DNA of 64,000 nucleotides from Escherichia coli (GTDB lineage Bacteria; Pseudomonadota; Gammaproteobacteria; Enterobacterales; Enterobacteriaceae): NCBI RefSeq assembly GCF_024700885.2, contig NZ_CP117016.1; one strand, 5' to 3'. Shown piece by piece: positions 56,027 to 64,000 of this stretch (position 1 is its first letter; each line of letters starts with the position of its first letter). The notes under the pieces were generated by a model. It saw only the letters and a program-made list of their open reading frames with translations, ran no database searches and was not told where the DNA came from. The position numbers and the translations under genes were made by a program.

Positions 56027-57301
56027 ATGACAGATAAACGCAAAGATGGCTCAGGCAAATTGCTGTATTGCTCTTTTTGCGGCAAAAGCCAGCATGAAGT
56101 GCGCAAGCTGATTGCCGGTCCATCCGTGTATATCTGCGACGAATGTGTTGATTTATGTAACGACATCATTCGCGAAGAGATTAAAGAAGTTGCACCGCAT
56201 CGTGAACGCAGTGCGCTACCGACGCCGCATGAAATTCGTAACCACCTGGACGATTACGTTATCGGCCAGGAACAGGCGAAAAAAGTGCTGGCGGTCGCGG
56301 TATACAACCATTACAAACGTCTGCGCAACGGCGATACCAGCAATGGTGTCGAGTTGGGCAAAAGTAACATTCTGCTGATCGGTCCGACCGGTTCCGGTAA
56401 AACGCTGCTGGCCGAAACGCTGGCGCGCCTGCTGGACGTCCCGTTCACCATGGCCGACGCAACCACGCTGACCGAAGCCGGTTATGTGGGCGAAGACGTT
56501 GAAAACATCATTCAGAAGCTGTTGCAGAAGTGCGATTACGACGTACAGAAAGCGCAGCGCGGGATTGTCTACATCGATGAAATCGACAAGATTTCTCGCA
56601 AGTCAGACAACCCGTCCATTACCCGAGACGTTTCCGGTGAAGGCGTACAGCAGGCACTGTTGAAACTGATCGAAGGTACGGTAGCTGCTGTTCCACCGCA
56701 AGGTGGGCGTAAACATCCGCAGCAGGAATTCTTGCAGGTTGATACCTCTAAGATCCTGTTTATCTGTGGCGGTGCGTTTGCCGGTCTGGATAAAGTGATT
56801 TCCCATCGTGTAGAAACCGGCTCCGGCATTGGTTTTGGCGCGACGGTAAAAGCGAAGTCCGACAAAGCAAGCGAAGGCGAGCTGCTGGCGCAGGTTGAAC
56901 CGGAAGATCTGATCAAGTTTGGTCTGATCCCTGAGTTCATTGGTCGTCTGCCGGTTGTAGCAACGTTGAATGAACTGAGCGAAGAAGCTCTGATTCAGAT
57001 CCTCAAAGAGCCGAAAAACGCCCTGACCAAGCAGTATCAGGCGCTGTTTAATCTGGAAGGCGTGGATCTGGAATTCCGTGACGAGGCGCTGGATGCTATC
57101 GCTAAGAAAGCGATGGCTCGTAAAACCGGTGCCCGTGGCCTGCGTTCCATCGTAGAAGCCGCACTGCTCGATACCATGTACGATCTGCCGTCCATGGAAG
57201 ACGTCGAAAAAGTGGTTATCGACGAATCGGTAATTGATGGTCAAAGCAAGCCGTTGCTGATTTATGGCAAGCCGGAAGCGCAACAGGCATCTGGTGAATA
57301 A
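56027..57301 (+). CDS. clpX: ATP-dependent Clp protease ATP-binding subunit ClpX
   Basis: 424 aa; N-terminal zinc finger CSFCGK...CDEC; Walker A GPTGSGKT. Confidence 0.97.
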
Positions 57302-57376
57302 TTAACCATTCCCATACAATTAGTTAACCAAAAAGGGGGGATTTTATCTCCCCTTTAATTTTTCCTCTATTCTCGG

Positions 57377-57407
57377 CGTTGAATGTGGGGGAAACATCCC
57401 CATATAC
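57377..57407 (+). promoter_or_regulatory. Putative sigma32 heat-shock promoter of lon
   Basis: GTTGAAT -35-like, 13-bp spacer, CCCCATAT -10 about 85 bp upstream of lon ATG. Confidence 0.5.
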
Positions 57408-57488
57408 TGACGTACATGTTAATAGATGGCGTGAAGCACAGTCGTGTCATCTGATTACCTGGCGGAAATTAAACTAAGAGAGAGCTCT

Positions 57489-59843
57489 ATGAATCCTGAG
57501 CGTTCTGAACGCATTGAAATCCCCGTATTGCCGCTGCGCGATGTGGTGGTTTATCCGCACATGGTCATCCCCTTATTTGTCGGGCGGGAAAAATCTATCC
57601 GTTGTCTGGAAGCGGCGATGGACCATGATAAAAAAATTATGCTGGTCGCGCAGAAAGAAGCTTCAACGGATGAGCCGGGTGTAAACGATCTTTTCACCGT
57701 CGGGACCGTGGCCTCTATATTGCAGATGCTGAAACTGCCTGACGGCACCGTCAAAGTGCTGGTCGAGGGGTTACAGCGCGCGCGTATTTCTGCGCTCTCT
57801 GACAATGGCGAACACTTTTCTGCGAAGGCGGAGTATCTGGAGTCGCCGACCATTGATGAGCGGGAACAGGAAGTGCTGGTGCGTACTGCAATCAGCCAGT
57901 TCGAAGGCTACATCAAGCTGAACAAAAAAATCCCACCAGAAGTGCTGACGTCGCTGAATAGCATCGACGACCCGGCGCGTCTGGCGGATACCATTGCTGC
58001 ACATATGCCGCTGAAACTGGCTGACAAACAGTCCGTTCTGGAGATGTCCGACGTTAACGAACGTCTGGAATATCTGATGGCAATGATGGAATCGGAAATC
58101 GATCTGCTGCAGGTTGAGAAACGCATTCGCAACCGCGTTAAGAAGCAGATGGAGAAATCCCAGCGTGAGTACTATCTGAACGAGCAAATGAAAGCTATTC
58201 AGAAAGAACTCGGTGAAATGGACGACGCGCCGGACGAAAACGAAGCCCTGAAGCGCAAAATCGACGCGGCGAAAATGCCGAAAGAGGCAAAAGAGAAAGC
58301 GGAAGCAGAGTTGCAGAAGCTGAAAATGATGTCTCCGATGTCGGCAGAAGCGACCGTAGTGCGTGGTTATATCGACTGGATGGTACAGGTGCCGTGGAAT
58401 GCGCGTAGCAAGGTCAAAAAAGACCTGCGTCAGGCGCAGGAAATCCTTGATACCGACCATTATGGTCTGGAGCGCGTGAAAGATCGTATCCTTGAGTATC
58501 TTGCGGTTCAAAGCCGTGTCAACAAAATCAAAGGACCGATCCTCTGCCTGGTAGGGCCGCCGGGGGTAGGTAAAACCTCTCTTGGTCAGTCCATTGCCAA
58601 AGCCACCGGGCGTAAATATGTCCGTATGGCGCTGGGCGGCGTGCGTGATGAAGCGGAAATCCGTGGTCACCGCCGTACTTACATCGGTTCTATGCCGGGT
58701 AAACTGATCCAGAAAATGGCGAAAGTGGGCGTGAAAAACCCGCTGTTCCTGCTCGATGAGATCGACAAAATGTCTTCTGACATGCGAGGCGATCCGGCCT
58801 CTGCACTGCTTGAAGTGCTGGATCCAGAGCAGAACGTAGCGTTCAGCGACCACTACCTGGAAGTGGATTACGATCTCAGCGACGTGATGTTTGTCGCGAC
58901 GTCGAACTCCATGAACATTCCGGCACCGCTGCTGGATCGTATGGAAGTGATTCGCCTCTCCGGTTATACCGAAGATGAAAAACTGAACATCGCCAAACGT
59001 CACCTGCTGCCGAAGCAGATTGAACGTAATGCACTGAAAAAAGGTGAGCTGACCGTCGACGATAGTGCCATTATCGGCATTATTCGTTACTACACCCGTG
59101 AGGCGGGCGTGCGTGGTCTGGAGCGTGAAATCTCCAAACTGTGTCGCAAAGCGGTTAAGCAGTTACTGCTCGATAAGTCATTAAAACATATCGAAATTAA
59201 CGGCGATAACCTGCATGACTATCTCGGTGTTCAGCGTTTCGACTATGGTCGCGCGGATAACGAAAACCGTGTCGGTCAGGTAACCGGTCTGGCGTGGACG
59301 GAAGTGGGCGGTGACTTGCTGACCATTGAAACCGCATGTGTTCCGGGTAAAGGCAAACTGACCTATACCGGTTCGCTCGGCGAAGTGATGCAGGAGTCTA
59401 TTCAGGCGGCGTTAACGGTGGTTCGTGCGCGTGCGGAAAAACTGGGGATCAACCCTGATTTTTACGAAAAACGTGACATCCACGTCCACGTACCGGAAGG
59501 TGCGACGCCGAAAGATGGTCCGAGTGCCGGTATTGCTATGTGCACCGCGCTGGTTTCTTGCCTGACCGGTAACCCGGTTCGTGCCGATGTGGCAATGACC
59601 GGTGAGATCACTCTGCGTGGTCAGGTACTGCCGATCGGTGGTTTGAAAGAAAAACTACTGGCAGCGCATCGCGGCGGGATTAAAACAGTGTTAATTCCGT
59701 TCGAAAATAAACGCGATCTGGAAGAGATTCCTGACAACGTAATTGCCGATCTGGACATTCATCCTGTGAAGCGCATTGAGGAAGTTCTGACTCTGGCGCT
59801 GCAAAATGAACCGTCTGGCATGCAGGTTGTGACTGCAAAATAG
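57489..59843 (+). CDS. lon: ATP-dependent Lon protease
   Basis: [25 protein letters not shown]; Walker [10 protein letters not shown]; catalytic Ser in PKDGPSAG; 784 aa. Confidence 0.97.
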   Translation: MNPERSERIEIPVLPLRDVVVYPHMVIPLFVGREKSIRCLEAAMDHDKKIMLVAQKEASTDEPGVNDLFTVGTVASILQMLKLPDGTVKVLVEGLQRARISALSDNGEHFSAKAEYLESPTIDEREQEVLVRTAISQFEGYIKLNKKIPPEVLTSLNSIDDPARLADTIAAHMPLKLADKQSVLEMSDVNERLEYLMAMMESEIDLLQVEKRIRNRVKKQMEKSQREYYLNEQMKAIQKELGEMDDAPDENEALKRKIDAAKMPKEAKEKAEAELQKLKMMSPMSAEATVVRGYIDWMVQVPWNARSKVKKDLRQAQEILDTDHYGLERVKDRILEYLAVQSRVNKIKGPILCLVGPPGVGKTSLGQSIAKATGRKYVRMALGGVRDEAEIRGHRRTYIGSMPGKLIQKMAKVGVKNPLFLLDEIDKMSSDMRGDPASALLEVLDPEQNVAFSDHYLEVDYDLSDVMFVATSNSMNIPAPLLDRMEVIRLSGYTEDEKLNIAKRHLLPKQIERNALKKGELTVDDSAIIGIIRYYTREAGVRGLEREISKLCRKAVKQLLLDKSLKHIEINGDNLHDYLGVQRFDYGRADNENRVGQVTGLAWTEVGGDLLTIETACVPGKGKLTYTGSLGEVMQESIQAALTVVRARAEKLGINPDFYEKRDIHVHVPEGATPKDGPSAGIAMCTALVSCLTGNPVRADVAMTGEITLRGQVLPIGGLKEKLLAAHRGGIKTVLIPFENKRDLEEIPDNVIADLDIHPVKRIEEVLTLALQNEPSGMQVVTAK

Positions 59844-59875
59844 TGACCTCGCGCAAAATGCACTAATAAAAACAG

Positions 59876-59912
59876 GGCTGGCAGGCTAATTCGGGCTTGC
59901 CAGCCTTTTTTT
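59876..59912 (+). terminator. Rho-independent terminator after lon
   Basis: GGCTGGCA...TGCCAGCC hairpin followed by T7. Confidence 0.65.
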
Positions 59913-60051
59913 GTCTCGCTAAGTTAGATGGCGGATCGGGCTTGCCCTTATTAAGGGGTGTTGTAAGGGGATGGCTGGCCTGATATAACTGCTGCGCGTT
60001 CGTACCTTGAAGGATTCAAGTGCGATATAAATTATAAAGAGGAAGAGAAGA

Positions 60052-60324
60052 GTGAATAAATCTCAATTGATCGACAAGATTGCTGCAGGGGCTGATATCT
60101 CTAAAGCTGCGGCTGGCCGTGCGTTAGATGCTATTATTGCTTCCGTAACTGAATCTCTGAAAGAAGGGGATGATGTAGCACTGGTAGGTTTTGGTACTTT
60201 TGCCGTTAAAGAGCGTGCTGCCCGTACTGGCCGCAACCCGCAGACCGGTAAAGAGATCACCATCGCTGCCGCTAAAGTACCGAGCTTCCGTGCAGGTAAA
60301 GCACTGAAAGACGCGGTAAACTAA
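60052..60324 (+). CDS. hupB: DNA-binding protein HU-beta
   Basis: 90 aa, [28 protein letters not shown]. Confidence 0.97.
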
Positions 60325-60358
60325 GCGTTGTCCCCAGTGGGGATGTGACGAAGTTCAA

Positions 60359-60386
60359 GGGCGCATCTACTGATGTGCCTTTTTTA
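60359..60386 (+). terminator. Rho-independent terminator after hupB
   Basis: GGCGCATC...GATGTGCC hairpin followed by T6. Confidence 0.55.
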
Positions 60387-60515
60387 TTTGTATTCGGTGA
60401 CTTTCTGCGTCTTGTGGGCTGACAATTGCCCCCGTTTCTTGTCACAATAGGCCTTTGCGCGCATCGATACGTTGCGTGAGGTACACAGTCATCTACAGCG
60501 GAGTGTTGTTACACC

Positions 60516-62939
<2,424 letters not shown>

Positions 62940-63002
62940 GCTAAAGAGGTCATACCAGTTATGGCCTCTGTACTTATAACAACAACGTAAGGTTATTGCG
63001 CT

Positions 63003-63401
63003 ATGCAAACACAAATCAAAGTTCGTGGATATCATCTCGATGTTTACCAGCACGTTAACAACGCTCGCTACCTTGAGTTTCTCGAAGAAGCCCGCTGGGA
63101 TGGGTTGGAAAATAGCGACAGTTTTCAGTGGATGACGGCCCATAACATCGCTTTCGTGGTGGTCAATATCAATATTAACTATCGTCGCCCGGCGGTATTA
63201 AGCGACCTGTTAACCATTACCAGTCAGTTGCAGCAATTAAACGGTAAAAGCGGCATCCTAAGCCAGGTCATTACACTGGAGCCGGAAGGGCAGGTGGTAG
63301 CGGATGCGCTTATTACGTTTGTTTGTATTGATCTTAAAACGCAGAAAGCATTAGCTCTGGAAGGGGAATTGCGCGAAAAGCTGGAGCAGATGGTTAAGTA
63401 A
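63003..63401 (+). CDS. fadM: Long-chain acyl-CoA thioesterase III (hotdog fold)
   Basis: 132 aa, MQTQIKVRGYHLDVYQHVNNARYLEF. Confidence 0.9.
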   Translation: MQTQIKVRGYHLDVYQHVNNARYLEFLEEARWDGLENSDSFQWMTAHNIAFVVVNININYRRPAVLSDLLTITSQLQQLNGKSGILSQVITLEPEGQVVADALITFVCIDLKTQKALALEGELREKLEQMVK

Positions 63402-63412
63402 ACGTTTTGTGG

Positions 63413-63438
63413 TGCCGGATGCTCAAGCCGCATCCGGC
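63413..63438. repeat. REP element between convergent fadM and queC
   Basis: TGCCGGATGC-tcaagcc-GCATCCGGCG palindrome. Confidence 0.5.
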
Positions 63439-63452
63439 GACACCCGGAATAA

Positions 63453-64000
63453 TTACCTCAACCCGGTTTTCTGCTTCATCGCTGCCATCACCGTCGGTTT
63501 ATCGGCCAGATAATGATTCAAACCATTGGCGCGTAAATTACATGCTGCGCAATGACCGCAACCGTCACCTTTAATGCCGTTATAACAGGTCAGCGTTTCG
63601 TTACGCACTAAATCCAGTTTGCCGTAATAATCAGCCAGCGCCCAGGTTTCCGCTTTATCAATCCACATCAGCGGCGTTTCAAAACGAATATCTTTCGCCA
63701 TACCCAGACTGACGGCATGGTTCAGTGCTTTCACAAACTCATCACGACAATCCGGGTAGCCGGAGAAATCCGTTTCGCAGACGCCGGTAATGACGGCTTC
63801 TGCTTTTACCTGATACGCATATATCGCCGTCAGTGTCAGGAACAAAATATTACGCCCTGGGACAAACGTATTCGGGATGCCATCGGCTTCAGGTTCATAA
63901 TCAGGCACCGGAATGCTGTCACGCGTCAGGCTACTGACCGCCAGTTCGTTGAGCAGTGTCACATCCAGCACTTTATGTGCACGAGCGCCCAGTTTCAGGG
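63453..64000 (-). CDS. queC: 7-cyano-7-deazaguanine synthase QueC (5' end truncated by window edge)
   Basis: C-terminal QueC sequence with CxxC zinc motif ([10 protein letters not shown]); the reading frame continues to the window edge. Confidence 0.9.
   Translation of the reverse strand, partial: LKLGARAHKVLDVTLLNELAVSSLTRDSIPVPDYEPEADGIPNTFVPGRNILFLTLTAIYAYQVKAEAVITGVCETDFSGYPDCRDEFVKALNHAVSLGMAKDIRFETPLMWIDKAETWALADYYGKLDLVRNETLTCYNGIKGDGCGHCAACNLRANGLNHYLADKPTVMAAMKQKTGLR

Overview
This window reads as an Escherichia coli-type core chromosome segment, syntenic with the K-12 proC-aroL-sbcDC-phoBR-malZ-secDF-ribD-dxs-cyoABCDE-tig-clpPX-lon-queC region. About 60 housekeeping genes are confidently recognisable from their translated sequences; many start codons were re-placed inside the longer six-frame ORFs using the known N-termini. 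Two things stand out: two AT-rich single-gene islets sit at sites where the genes flanking them are directly adjacent in my recollection of the K-12 gene order. One lies between malZ and acpH (about 19.5-21.1 kb, a 481-507 aa protein). The other lies between pgpA and yajO (about 34.0-35.9 kb, a 523 aa protein with an N-terminal W-N-K-I-R-D-F-F motif and two blocks of pentapeptide repeats). Both look like horizontally acquired orphan genes, and the second strongly resembles a type III secretion effector (SopD-N-terminus-like plus PipB-like repeats, possibly EspY-type). No integrase, transposase, tRNA, rRNA or CRISPR array was seen. All identifications rest on reading the sequence and recalled family knowledge; no database search or GC computation could be run.
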